A DNA stretch of 64,000 nt from Balamuthia mandrillaris (Eukaryota). The notes below the pieces were generated by a model. That model had not been told where the DNA came from and did no database searches. It saw nothing but the letters and a program-made list of their open reading frames with translations. The stretch spans positions 186,001 through 250,000 of the forward strand of contig JAVKOQ020000028.1 in the NCBI GenBank assembly GCA_031835245.2, in the 5' to 3' direction. This document shows positions 13,075 through 25,770 of this stretch, one piece after another. Made by a program: the position numbers and the translations under genes. Every line of letters begins with the position of its first letter. The stretch's first letter is position 1.

Positions 13075-16000
13075 ATGGCCTCGAGCGCGGCAGGAGGAGC
13101 AGACGGGTCGGCCGAAGAAACCCAGTTGCACCTCCTCCTCACGGCCGCCAAGGAGGTCGATGAGCTCTTCTCCGCCTCCTCCAAATCCTTCGCGCTCCCC
13201 TCTATAGAGCATTACCAGCGTTTCTGGCTTCAGCTTTCCTCCTCTCCTTCTTCTGCTTCTGCTCTTTCTTCTCTTTCTTGTTCTTCTTGTTCTTCTTCTT
13301 CTCCTTCTTCTTCTTCTTCGTCTTCTTCCTACGTGAGCGCGGTGTTGACGGTCTTCCTCGCCAAAATGTTGGCCATGGAGACGGGAGAGGACCGGAGGCA
13401 CGACCTGGTGGAGCTGCTCAAAAAGGCCGTCCTGCTGCTGGAGCCCCAGTCGGATTCGGGCCACGAGCTGGCGCGCCTCCCTTCGGTAGAGATTAATGGT
13501 CTGTTTTTTATTTTATTTTTATTTTTTATTTATTTTTTCAATTCTATTTATTTTTTTGATCTTATTTATTTTTTTAAAACTTTTTTTAAAAAACTGGTTT
13601 GCTTTATTTTATTTTATTTTATTTTGCTAAAAGCTTTTTTGTTTTATATTTATATTTATATTTTTGTTTTTTTGTTTTATATTTATTTATTTCATTTTTT
13701 TTATTTTCTATAATGGTATATTATATTATATGTTATTATTTTTTTAATTTTTCTTGTCGTTTCTTTCTTTCTTTCTTGTCGTTTCTTTCTTTCTTTCTTG
13801 TCGTTTCTTTCTTTCTTTCTTGTCGTTTCTTTCTTTCTTGTCGTTTCTTTCTTGTCGTTTCTTTCTTTCTTTCTTTCTTTCTTTCCTTCCTTCTTATTAA
13901 ACCACAACAACAATAATACGGAAACCACAACAACAACAACAAACAGCCCGAACCATAACGTTAGCGGAGAACCTGTTGGGCAGCATTCATTACATCTCTC
14001 TGCTGCTGTTCGGGCAAGGGGCAGGCAAGGAGGGCAGCCGCAATGGCGGCGACGCGGCGTTCGCCCCGTTGAAAACGGTGCTTGGCAGGTGGCTCAAGCT
14101 CAGAGGAACGCGTTCCGCTAAAGCATCGTTAGACATTACGGATGAGGTTCTTTGTCTCTCTTTTCTTTCCTTCTTATCGTTTCGTTCTTGTCGTTTCTTT
14201 CTCTCCTTCTGACTTAGTGTTTTTTGAAACAGTGTGGAAAAATATTATCAGGAAGTCATCTTCAAACCTCCGAAAGTCTTTGCTCTATGGTGGAACAATG
14301 CACCAACCCCGATATCTCTTCCTCCATTCCTTCTCTCTCTTTTCCTTGTAAGCATCTCCTCTTCTTTGCTTCTGTCTCCTTTCTTCTTTCTTTTAACTTC
14401 TTTCAATGCAACAAGCCTCCACTGCATCCAGTTTATATCACGTTTATCTTCTTCGCCTGTTGCGGGAAGCACGCGATGATGAGAAACAAGTGCTCGCTCT
14501 CTTTGATGCCGTTTTAATGTTCCTGAAACATCCTTTGTTAGTGGCTGAAGAGCGTCTCCTCTCTCTTCTTCATCTGCTTAGAACCTTTATCACATCTGTA
14601 AGCTTCTCCTCTTCTTCCTTGTTGTTTTTCTTCTTCTTCTTCTTCTTCTTCTTCTTCTTCTGATTCTTCTTCTTCTGCTTCTTCTTCTTCTTGTTTCTTT
14701 TTCTTTCTCTCTTCTTCTATCTTCTCTAACAAACGCACGTAAAACCAATATAGAGTCAAAACCTCAACGAAAAGCTGATCCAAACTCTGATAGAGCTCAT
14801 TCGTCCCTATTACCTGTGGCCGTTGCCACACGGGCTCGTCGCCAAGGAGCTCCTGCAGATGTTGAGCATCGAGCTCAAGTCGAGAGGCTCCGCCATTCGT
14901 TCCCAGTTCTTTGAGGACGTGCCGGAGCTAGTGGAAGGTTACAAACCTTCTGGAAGGTTCCTTTCTCTCTCTCTTTTCTCTTCATAGTTCTCTTTTATTC
15001 TCTTCTAATCTCTTCTCTCTCTCTCTCTCTCTCTCTTCTCATTCTTTCAAACTATAGAGAACGAGTTGTCCACGTATTGATCGACAAAGAACTGGACAAT
15101 GCAGAACGCATGAAAGCCCTGTTGGAGGCCTTCTCTCCGCCGGAAATGGACTTGCGAGAACTTCATCTTCGGCTTCTCTGTCACTCACTTTTGACTCACT
15201 TGAGAGGTGTGGATGATAAGGATGAAGACGAACCTCTTTCAAGCGAATTCTTGTCTTTGTTGCAGAGCTGTTCTTTGGAAGATGCTCAAGAATTCAGTTG
15301 GAATGCTTCGCAGATACTCAACCAAGCCTTGCTAATGTATGCTCTCTTCTGTTTTCTTGTTCTTCTTGTTTCTTCCTTTCTTCTCGTTCAACTTACATGT
15401 TTTCTTCTTCTTATTTTTATAGGAACGAAGCAAAAGCGGAACTCTTTCGCATCTCTCAACTGACTTCTCTCAAAGAAGATATCATCAAACATCTCTCCTC
15501 ATCAAAAACCTCTAAGACAAATGACCCTTCTTCTCCTTCTCCTTCTTTCAGCAATGGATTGACTCATCTCCCTTCGATGAACTTTGAGTTTCATTCCATC
15601 ACATCCTCTCCCTTAGAACTTATAACGAACTATGAATCTCCGTTAAAGTATGCTCGCTCTTCCACTGCCGATTGTCTTGCAAAGATATTTTCCAGTTATC
15701 AGTCTTCTTCGGCAGAGTACGTTTTCACTTCCTTGCTTTGTTTTGCTTTGTTGGGCTAACGTGTTGCTTTTCGGTCTTCTTCTCTTCAGCAAACAAGACA
15801 ACAAACCTATTGTTCGCATCGCGATCGCTGGCACCGACCAAACCTTACACAACGTGGTCGGCGCATTCGTCTATCTTCGCGCTAATCGTCCAACGCTCTT
15901 TGCTTCTTCGTCTTCTCCTGAGCTTCGTGTCTACCACTTACCGATTGTGGACCATTCGCCCTCACGATTGTCAACCTTTTTGTCCTCGAGGGATGTTTGG

Positions 16001-17093
16001 TATGCTCGAAACGTTTGTGCTATGCTGCAACACGTTCAGAGGATCGTCCCTGCTGTTCCTGATTCTTCTCCTCTTCGGAGTGAAAAAGAGCAAGAAGAGC
16101 AAACAAAACAAGCTGCAAAAGAACAGCAACATGACTTGAACCACTATTACAATAGAAACGCATCTCCCAGTTGCATTCTTCGCCAGGCATTGGAGAACTA
16201 CTTCCGAGAAGCTCGTAATAGAGTCGAACTGAACTTGTGGCAAGCTGAATGTTGGTCCGAGAATGGAGCCTATCGTACAATTCCGTTTTTGCAGAAAGCT
16301 GAACTTGGGCTTGAAGCTTTTGGAATTGCTTATAAGGTTTTCTTCTCTTGTTCTTGTTGTTGTTGTTCTTCTTCTTCTTTTCCTCAATGAACTAATCCCA
16401 AAACAATCATAAAGATGGCCAACAGTTTGGACTCCTCTCTCACCGTCAAAGAAATGATGGAAAAGAAGCTGTTCAAATACACCCCTCCTTCGCTCTCCCT
16501 CAAGTTCACTCAGGTGAACTTGGGCGGAATGGCTCGCCCTGGTCCCACTCTGGAGGCCAAGGCTTACAGCTTCATTTCTTTGAGCAGCGTTCCTTCTTCG
16601 ATTGGAGGAGAGAGAGGAACTCCTCCTCATCCATCCCAGCCTTGGCTTGAACTTTATGCCTTGGATAGTGATGTCGTACGCATTCTTCTCATTGTATTAC
16701 GTTTAGTTTATTATTCTTTTCTTCTTATATTGTTTTTTTTGTTGTTTTGTTATTGTTGACAAACAGAAAAAGAGAAAGACGAAAGTGTCGGAAGAAAGAG
16801 TGTACCACGTAGCTCAGATAGAATTGGAAGTGGCCACCGACAAACGCAGAGAACCAGTTGACCTGTTGCTGGATGACGTTCTGTATGGTCCCTTCATTCG
16901 TATAAAGTATGTGTTCTCCGCTTCTCTTCTCTCTCTCGTCTTTTTTATTCTTCTTTGCTTGTTATGTTTTGCTCACTTGCTCCTTTGTTTTGAACAACCA
17001 AAAAGAATAAGCCGTTGTGTGGACTTGAAAGAAGACGACATTGCCTTCACCTTGCCAATGATGACCTTCTTCCCAACCGTGAACCAACTGTAA
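13075..17093 (+). CDS. PI3K-gamma regulatory subunit p101/p84 (PIK3R5/PIK3R6)-like protein, multi-exon
   Basis: Blocks resembling human p101 (recalled from memory) in the same order: YLWPLPHGLVAKELLQMLSIELKSRG, VRIAIAGTDQTLHNVVGAFVYLR, LRVYHLPI, LSTFLSSRDVWYARNV, ILRQALENYFREARNRVELNLWQAE, FLQKAELG, and C-terminal LPMMTF. Confidence 0.7.
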
Positions 17094-17256
17094 CATGTAT
17101 TGCATTCCTTTCATACAAGGATTAACATGAGAGAACGTTTTGTATTCTACTTTTTAAAGTTACAAAGAAATAGGAGAACAAGTTTTAAACATAACAGGAA
17201 AGATGTTACTTTGGTACATCTCCATGTTGATATCTTCTGAGGACTGTTGGCTCGTT

Positions 17257-18362
17257 TTATGCACCGACACGAGTAGTTTCTTTGGCCTTCATCACCAAAG
17301 GACTCAAGTTTCGCAGCGGGCATGACATCTTTAACCATGGGTGCTTGTGTGTTGTTAAAAAGTTAGACAACAAAAACTGTTTGTTTTCTTTCTCTGCTCT
17401 CTTACCTTGAGAAGTTGGTCAGGAGTCAGCCTGTCTTTCGGATCAAGAGCTAAACAACATTTGAGAAAGTCTTTGAACGAACGGGTCCACTTGTCCGGAT
17501 GCTTCAAGTTGGGCGATCCATGTGTTGCTATCAGGAAAAGTGCCTTTCAAGCAAATGAGAACAAGGGTTATATACAGAACGATGAAGAAAGCTAAGAAGA
17601 GGAGAAATAGCAAACCCTAAAAGGAGGGTATTCAAGATACGGAGGTTCGCCTTCCGCCATTTCAATGGCAGCAATGCCCAATGACCAAACGTCCACCTTT
17701 GTCACGTTTTGCAGAGAAAGAATGTATGTGAGAGAGAGAGAGAGAGAGGTGATTATGTTTAAAGAAAGTTCACCATACCGATCGTCCATAATCTTGACCT
17801 CTGATAAGCTCTGGTGCCATCCTAAACGCTCTTTATGTTGGTCACATCTCACAAAGAGAAAAGAGAAAAAGGCAAAGAGCGATGCTGCAAAGAGAAGGGA
17901 GAAACGCACCAGTAAGGAGTGCCAACAACGCTCCGGCGAGTGGCTTGCTCATCTGTGAGCTGAGCGCAATATCCGAAATCGGCTAGTTGTTTGAAAAGCA
18001 ATGTAAGAAACAGAGAGAGAGAGAGAGAGAGAGAATGGAGAGAAGAGAGCAACCTAAAAATACATCGCCTTTATCAGATAGCAATATATTATCGCTTTTG
18101 ATGTCTCTGTGAATGCGGTTAAGAGAGTGAATGTAACGGAGTGCCTTTAAAACCTGTTTTTTTGATTTAATAAACAATAAACAATAACAATAAACATTTG
18201 GTACAAAACGAAAGAAAAGACAGAAAGAGCTTACTTCTTTACAAACGGCAGCTATTTGAGGTTCTGTCATTCGACAGGCGGTTACAACGTTTGTGAGAGA
18301 TCCTCCATTTACATACTTCATCACAACCTATTTTCACAAGGGCATAGACTCGGCTCAATAAC

Positions 18363-18415
<53 letters not shown>

Positions 18416-18844
18416 CAGAGGGAGAGAGGGAGAGAGAAACAGAGAGAGACAGAGAGAGAGAAAGAGAGAGAAAGAAAAAGAAGAAGATGAAGAAGAAGAA
18501 GAAGAAGAAGAACAAGAAGAAGAACAAGAAGAAGAAGAAGAAAATGAAAAGAGAAACACAAGAGAGACAGAGACGGAGAGAGCAAACCCAAAGTTGATCT
18601 TCTTTCAAGTAACTGCCAAAGAATGGTACGATATTGGCTATAACGAGCGGGCAAGGATGCCAGGAATAAGTTGAAAGAAAAAAACAAAAGAAAAATGAAA
18701 ACAAACCGTGCGAGCAAGAGGCCATCATTGCGATTTCGTTTTGGAGGGAAGCAACGTTGGTCTTGCTGGTGTTCGTTATGACCTTGATGGCCACCTTCAA
18801 CGTTTTTAAAACAAACAAGTTACAACGAGAAGATACAAAGAAAG

Positions 18845-18887
<43 letters not shown>

Positions 18888-19083
18888 AGAGAAAGAGAAA
18901 GAGAAAGAGATAGAGAAAGAGAAAGAGAAAGAGAAAGAGAAAGAGAAAGAGAAAGAGAAAGAGAAAGAGAAAGAGAAAGAGAAAGAGAAAGAGAGAGAGA
19001 AAGAGAAAGAGAGAGAGAGAGAAAGAGCAAGAGCAAGAGCAAGAAGAAGAAAGAAGAAGAAGAAGAAGAAGAAGAAGAAGAAA

Positions 19084-19114
<31 letters not shown>

Positions 19115-19832
19115 AGAAGAAGAAGAAGAAGAAGAAGAAGAAGAAGAAGAAGAAGAAGAAGAACAAGAACAAGAACAAGAACAAGAAGTAAGCACACAAG
19201 AGAAAAGAGGGGAAAAAAAATAAGCACAGACAGCAAAAACAAAAAGACACATACTCCAGTTGCAGTGGGTTTATGCTTTCCAAGATAAACACAGCCCGAG
19301 GAGCCCTCTCCGATCTTCTTCAGGTCCTCGAACAGGATGGTGGGGTCCTCCAGCGAGAGGTAATGCTCGTTCTGCGGGGTCACCTGAAAGCCGGCCGGTA
19401 TTTCGGCCGCATGCCTCAAGAACGGGGTCGGCGGAGGGACCGGAGGAGAGGGAGGCACGTTCGACGTCGTCCTCTGTTGCTTGGGCGAAGATGAAGCAGC
19501 GTTGGCGTCGGCATTTTTCTGGCCTGGCCTTGCTATGATGGAGGAGCCGCCGTAATGCTGCTCGTGGAAACGAAGCACCTGCGTCACCTCCTTGGCGTGC
19601 TTCTGGAACTCGATCGGCGTCACCCCCGAGGTGCGAAGGATCTCTTCCCACTCGGGAGGAAGTCCCTTGTTTTTTTTTTAAAGATGCGATTCGATCAGAA
19701 CCCGATTTGAAAAGTGCAAAAAAAAAAAAAAAAAGGTTCACAAACCTTGAAGTATTGAGACGCGGCGTCCACTTCGACGTGAACCTTGCGTTTCACTTTG
19801 TACGGCATCGAGATGGACTTGTTGCCCTCCAT
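17257..19832 (-). CDS. PAK/STE20-family kinase with N-terminal CRIB/PBD, multi-exon
   Basis: [13 protein letters not shown]...[89 protein letters not shown]. Last exon reads HPWLKM...RVGA*. Confidence 0.93.
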
Positions 19833-19914
19833 GCTTCTTGCTTGTTCTCTTCTTCTTCAAGCACACACAAGTGTCGCTCTGTGTGTTAATGATTGTTTCA
19901 TATGCAGCATTTGT

Positions 19915-21194
19915 TTAATGAAGCAAAGAAGAGGAAGAAGAAGGGAGCAGAAGAGCGGCAACGTGGGCGCGGAAGGAGGCTGGCAGGGCCTTGGCAACGT
20001 CGTAGCCACCCTCCAGCACGGAGATGAGACGCCCGTTGCAATGCCGCTCGCTGCACCCCACCAATTGACGAGTGATCCACCGAAAGTCGTCCTCGCTGAG
20101 CTTCATGCCGATCGCCGTGCCTCCTCGGATAGGGTCGTCCTGTTGTTCGCGTTACTACTAGAAGAAGAAGAAGAAGAAGAAGAGCGAAAGCAACAAGCAG
20201 AAGAAGAAGAAGAACAAGAAGAAGAAACACAAGAAGAAGAAGAAGAGGAAGAAGAACAACAACAACAACAACAAACCTTATGAGCATCAAAGCCAGCAGA
20301 CGCAAAGATCAGCTGGGGCTTAAACTCATCCAGCAAGGCAACGGCCTTCATGAAAGCTTTCCTGTACGTTGCAGAGCCCGTTCCATGCGCCAACGGAATG
20401 TTCCACGTGTTGTTGCTGTCCACTTCGGAAGTCAGCCCACGCTGGCTCGTTGGCGAGCTTGTGGATGCCCTCGCTGTTGTCGAAGAAGAAGGCTGAGGAG
20501 CACGGCGATGACTGTTGCCGCGAGTGGCGATGGTGTCCGAAGCGGTGGAGGTAGAGGAAGGCTGGTCGCTGCCGCCGGTGCCAGGATAAAAGTTTTGGCC
20601 ATGGGCATGCAAGGAGATGAACAAGAAGTTATCATCTCCTCGCAACAACTCCTCTGTTCCGTTGCCTATGCAAGCAAGGAATGAGCAAAGAAGAGAGAAG
20701 CAAAATGGATGGAAGGAAGAAAGAAAGAAAGACAGAAGATAAGAAGCATGCAAGGAACCTGCGTGGACATCAAAGTCAACCACGGCAATCCTCCTCAGGT
20801 CATACTTTAGCAACGCGTACTTGGCGCCCACGACCACGTTGTTGATCAGACAAAAGCCTTGCGACTTGACTCCTCCCGTCCTCCCCGTCCTCCCGCAGTG
20901 GTGCCCCGGTGGGCGTATCGCACAAACCGCATTCCTATAGGAGCCTCCGTTCTCGTTGCCGAACAGACGATCGACCGCATAAAGAACGCAACCAGAAGCA
21001 TGCAGAGCGGCCTTCCATGAGAAGTGAGAGACGAAGGTGTCCACGTAGATCTCGGAGGCCTCCTCTTCGAGGTTGTGTTGCTCTTGGGTGGAGAGGGTGG
21101 CGTGACAAGGCTGCGCGGAGGCTGATGCTGGAACTTTGGTCAGGAGTTTGTTGATGTATGTTGCATCATGAACAACCTGTTGCAAGAGAAAGAT

Positions 21195-21228
<34 letters not shown>

Positions 21229-22315
21229 ACAAGAAGAAGAAGAAGAAAAAAGAAGAAGAAGAAGAAGAAGAAAAAGAAGAAGAAGAAAAAGAAGAACAAG
21301 AACAAGAAGAAGAAGAAGAAGAACAAGAAGAAGAACAAGAACAAGAAGAAAGGAGAAAGAAGAAGCAGAAGAAGAAAGAAGAACAAGAAGATGAACAAGA
21401 ACAAGAAAGTGAGAAGAAAGAAAGCAGAAGAAGGAAGCAGAAGAAGCTACTTTGATCCAACGGAGGTCACACTTTGGAGGAGAGTCGTAAATGTCCAACT
21501 TGCTGGTATACCTGCTCTTCAGCTCTGTTAAGCACTTTACCAGCAAAACATGAGTTATTCTTTTAACTCCGAAACACAAGAGCAAGAAAGAGACGACAAG
21601 AAAGAAACTATACCTTGATGAGCGCTTCCAACCGTTGTGGCGTCTCGAAATGGTCCTCCGGCACCACGTGCAACAAACATTTGGGATGAAACACGGCCAA
21701 AGTTTTGTTGCATTGTTGTTCTTGTTGTTGGTTGGTCTCCTTCTTCTCGTTCTCTTTGGGTCCTTTCTCTTCTTCTTTTTCATTTGCTTCTGCTTCTTCT
21801 TCTTCTTTGTCTTCTGCTTCAACTTGTTTCCATTCCTGAATGAGGCAATTAAAGTCAAATGAAGCAGCCATCACTGGAGTAGGGCTCAACATTGGTTCTT
21901 CTTCTTCTTGTTCTTCTTCTTCTTCTTCATTTTCTCCTGCTTCTCTTTCTTCCTCTCCTGCTTCTTCTTCTTCTTGCTTGTTAGCAACAAGAATTCTTCT
22001 TGTTCTTTTGTTGTTATTTGTCGACTCCTTGCTTCCTCTCGCTCTCCTCTTTCTGCCTTTGGTTCCACTGCCTTCTTTGTACTCTTCTTCTTCTCCTTCC
22101 TCTTCTTCCTCTTCATCCACATTAACAAACACGTCTTCTTCTTCCTCCTCCGCTGCTTCCTTTTCATGAGAGGGTCTATAGGAAGCGTCATCCTCGTCAT
22201 CGTGCACGGAGAGGAGGCTTTCCTCGGATGAGTCCCATGGGTAGGGCGAAGTGTACCCTTCCTCGTTGACCACCGCTTTCTTCCTGCCAGCTCGTTTCGG
22301 TCGGGTGCTGCTCAT
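19915..22315 (-). CDS. Class II-like Zn-dependent histone deacetylase with acidic/basic N-terminal extension
   Basis: HFETPQRL, RPPGHH, GFCLINNV, VVDFDVHA|GNGT, FYPGTG, NIPL, SAGFDAHK|DDPIG, SVLEGGYD. Confidence 0.92.
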
Positions 22316-22898
22316 CTCCTTCGGCTCTCCGTCCTTTAGAGGGATTCAGGGTGTAATGATGGAAAAACGTGCAGAGATGGAGCTGTTTTATTGCACAATT
22401 ATATATAGTCGACTTAAAGTGCAGCATTTGACCTGCTTTGTTGCTCGAACGCTGCAACATGTGCAACCACTCTCTTCTCTTCTCTCGTCTCTCTCGTCTC
22501 TCGTCTCTTGTCTCTTGTCTCTTGTCTCTTGTCTCTTCTCCTCATCGTTCTCTTCTCTGCTCTCTTCTCTCTTCTCTCTTCTCTCTTCTCTCTTCTCTCT
22601 TCTCTCTTCTCTCTTCTCTTCTCCCCTCTCTCTTCTCTCTCCTCTCTTCTTCCCTCTCTCTTCTCTCTCTTCTCTCTCTTCTCTCTCTTCTCTCATCTCT
22701 CATCTCTTCATCGTTCTCTTCGCTTCTCTTGGTCGCTCTCTTCTTCCTTTCTTGTCGTCCCTCTCGCTTTCTTCATTCTTGTTTCATTCTTTGTTGTAGC
22801 CCCTTGATTTCATTCCCTTCTTCTCTTCTCTTGTTATGCATTACTCCCGTCTCCTCTCCTATCTCGTCAATAAATGCACTCGCCTGTTTGAAAGGTGA

Positions 22899-23714
22899 TC
22901 ATTTGAGCTTGGAGTGGGCGTTACGAAGGGCGAGATACTCTTGAGCGGCGCCATGAGAGAGCGTTCGAATGAACTGGTAGATATCGCTGGAGCTGTACCG
23001 CAGCCGTGTGTTGGGGTCCGTGTAAGGCGCCTCAAACCCGGTTATGTCGCAGTACTTCTTGGTTGGAAGCAAGGAAGGAGGTGCCTGGATGCTCATGTCT
23101 AAAGTTACGTTAAAAAGAGGTTTTGTGGAAGAAGAAGAAAGAGAAGAATAAGTAGAAGAAGAAGAAGTAGAAGAAGAAGAAGAAGAAGAACAAGAAGAAG
23201 CAGAAGAAGAACAAGATAAGAACAAGTACAAATACAAGTACAAGAACAAGAAAAATAGAAGGCTGAAAAGTAATGAATAAGGAAGAAGGAAAGAAGAAAG
23301 AAAGGGAGCACACGCACAATGGGGAGTGCCAGGGGGAAGGGCCGAGAAGTTCTCCGCCTTCAAGATTTGCTTGAGGTTTTTGGTGTTCTTTCGTTTGCCG
23401 CTGGTGTCTATTTTGCTGTGGGCCAAGTTCTTGAAGGGCAAGGAGGCGCCCTCCTTGCCTTTGTTTTTGTTGTTGTTGTTGACAACCTCTACCCCTTCCT
23501 CCTCCTCCTCGCCTTCTTCCTCCTCCTCGGCCTCCCGTTTTCTCTTTCTTGGTGGCAGAACGCTTGGCCGCCGTTGTTGTTGCTTGGTTGACGCAGCAGA
23601 AGAAGAAGAAGAGCCCTTTTTGTTGCTTTCTTTTCCCCGTTCGTCCTCGCCGCCTCCTTCCTTTGGGACTTCCGTGGCCTCTCCTCTCCTCTGAGATCGC
23701 CTTCTTGTTTGCAT
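22899..23714 (-). CDS. IES6: INO80 complex subunit IES6/INO80C (YL1_C domain), 2 exons
   Basis: KNLKQILKAE, SIQAPPSLLPTKKYCDITGFEAPYTDPNTRLRY, QEYLALRNA. Confidence 0.9.
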   Translation of the reverse strand: MQTRRRSQRRGEATEVPKEGGGEDERGKESNKKGSSSSSAASTKQQQRRPSVLPPRKRKREAEEEEEGEEEEEGVEVVNNNNKNKGKEGASLPFKNLAHSKIDTSGKRKNTKNLKQILKAENFSALPPGTPHCACAPFLSSFLLPYSLLFSLLFFLFLYLYLYLFLSCSSSASSCSSSSSSSTSSSSTYSSLSSSSTKPLFNVTLDMSIQAPPSLLPTKKYCDITGFEAPYTDPNTRLRYSSSDIYQFIRTLSHGAAQEYLALRNAHSKLK

Positions 23715-24115
23715 TCTCACACCCTCTGTGCTACTTTTTATGTAGCACAGCCTTTTCCTCCAAAAACCAAATGTTCTGCTACCATCAGGCGTTGAACTCG
23801 CGCCGCCTGTTGACCCTACACGTCGTCCTGGAGATAATGATTTTTGTCGAACTAGTTGATCTCCATGTGAGATGAGATGAAGAAAAACAAAGATTTTGAA
23901 TTTCATTGGTGGTTTGAAATTTTTAATTTAAATTATAAGTTGTCGACAGTGAAATATTTCGAGGTATTAATTTTCGCGCCTTTTTTTATTTTTCCGACCA
24001 AAGAAAAAAGTGCAACCAAGAAAACACGCCAAACAACAACGGCAGCACATAGTTCTCCTGCTACTACTACCTTTTTTGTAGCTATACTTCATCGCTGTGA
24101 TACAATATAAAAACA

Positions 24116-25661
24116 ATGTTGCAACACCCCTCCATCTTCTCGGCTGCCTCCTCCAACCACACCTTTAACTTGGGCCACCACCCCTCTTCCGCGGCTTCCT
24201 CCTTGGACGATAACCCTTACGACATACCGTTATCTGCGGCGTCCTCCGCTGCAGCACCACTCTCGTTCGACCTCCATCATGCTTCTGCTTCCTCCTCCTC
24301 TTCGTTGAGAGCCTCTGCTGCCGCTCTGAAGGCGTTGAACGCCGGTCTCATCGACAGTGATAATGACTACTGTGCAAAAGAGAAGGAAAAAGAGAACGCC
24401 GCTCCTTTTTCTTCTTTCATCTCTTCTTCTTCTTCTGCTCCTTCGTTTGGTTTTGGTGCTTTGACTTTGGCCGCCGCGGCACAGCCAACCGCTACTGCCT
24501 CTTCGTTGTTCCCATCGTCGTCGGCTGCGGCTGTGCAGCAGCCTCGCCCCCAACTCCAACGTTTCGGCGGAAGCGCTCCCCGCCAACTTACCCCTGACAA
24601 CTTCTTCTCCTCTCCGGTCGGTCAATGTATGTTTCTGCTCTTCTCTTCCCTCTCATTCTCTCTCCTCTTCCTCTCTCCTCGGCCCTCTGTGCTTTCTTTT
24701 TCTTTCCCTCCCTCTCTTCTCCCCTCTGTCGCTCGTTCTCATCATGGTTTGTTTTGTTTGTTTGATAGCATTTACCAGGAAGGAGCCACCGAGCAAGCCA
24801 ATGAGCAAGCTGTTGCTGCTCCTCTCGAAGCTGGCCAAGGCCGGCATCATCAGCCAACAAGAAAAGACGCAGATCAAGCGAGAGGTGCTCTCCAACAATG
24901 CCAACCTCTTGCAGGTGCTCCAAAAGTACGAGCAACAGGCTCAGTCGTTTGACTCACTTCTTCGCGCGGCTAGCATTGGTGAGAAGACTGCTGCTTCTCC
25001 TTTCAGCTCTTCTCCCTTCCCCCAAGTCCAACAGCTACAACAATCGTTTGCTTCTGAACTGCAACAACCACAGCAAGTGGGCGTGCCACAGCAGCAAGAG
25101 ATGATCATTTGTGTGGGCTTCCCTGGAAGCGGCAAATCGTATGTATTCCTTCTGTTCTTTCTTCTTTTATATCTGCCCTCTTCTTTGGTTTCTTCTGGAC
25201 CTAACAAAAGAACGAACACACACAGAACGTACGTTATAAAGAACTTGGAGCCCAAAGGCTACGTCCGCGTCAACCGCGACACCCTCCAGACCGCCAAGCG
25301 CTGCCTCGATCTCTGCTCCTCCTCGCTGGCTGCCGGAAAAAGCGTGGTCATTGACAACACCAACCCGAGCCGCGAAGCCCGCAAACCGTACCTCGACCTG
25401 GCCCGCCAACACAACGTCCCCTGTCGCTGCCTCCACTTTCTCACGGAGGAGAACACGGCCCGTCGCCTCAACCAGTTTCGCCACCGGAGCTCGGGCGGGA
25501 AGGTGGCCTGCGTGCCGCCCATGGCCTACACGATCTTTAGGACCAAGTTTGAGCCGCCGAGCGTGACGGAGGGCTTCACGGAGGTCCGGCCCATCGAGCA
25601 CCAACCGAGGTTCGAGTCCCCAGCGGACAGGGCTCTGTTTGAGTCTTGTTCCTTTGTTTGA
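24116..25661 (+). CDS. PNKP-type polynucleotide kinase domain protein without phosphatase or FHA domains, 3 exons
   Basis: MIICVGFPGSGKS|T (P-loop), YVRVNRDTL, SVVIDNTNPSREARKPY, VPCRCLHF, KFEPPSVTEGF. Long S/A-rich N-terminus. Confidence 0.85.
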
Positions 25662-25668
25662 AAGGAAG

Positions 25669-25770
25669 AATTCGTGTCGACATCACATGTTTGAAATTTC
25701 ATTGGATGAAATAATAAATAATTCGTGTCGACATCACCTCTTTGAAATTTTATTGGATGAATTCGGATTG
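25669..25770. repeat. Two ~42-bp imperfect direct repeats (AATTCGTGTCGACATCAC.T.TTTGAAATTT.ATTGGATGAA), intergenic
   Basis: Seen directly. Each copy contains TGTCGACA and ATTGG (reverse CCAAT). Confidence 0.85.

Noticed and set aside
19832..19915. In-frame HDAC-PAK fusion via the acceptor in the gap
   Set aside because: A TGA lies in the PAK frame between that acceptor and the ATG.
25669..25770. CRISPR-like array
   Set aside because: Only two repeats with a ~9-bp spacer, no cas genes, and a eukaryotic context.
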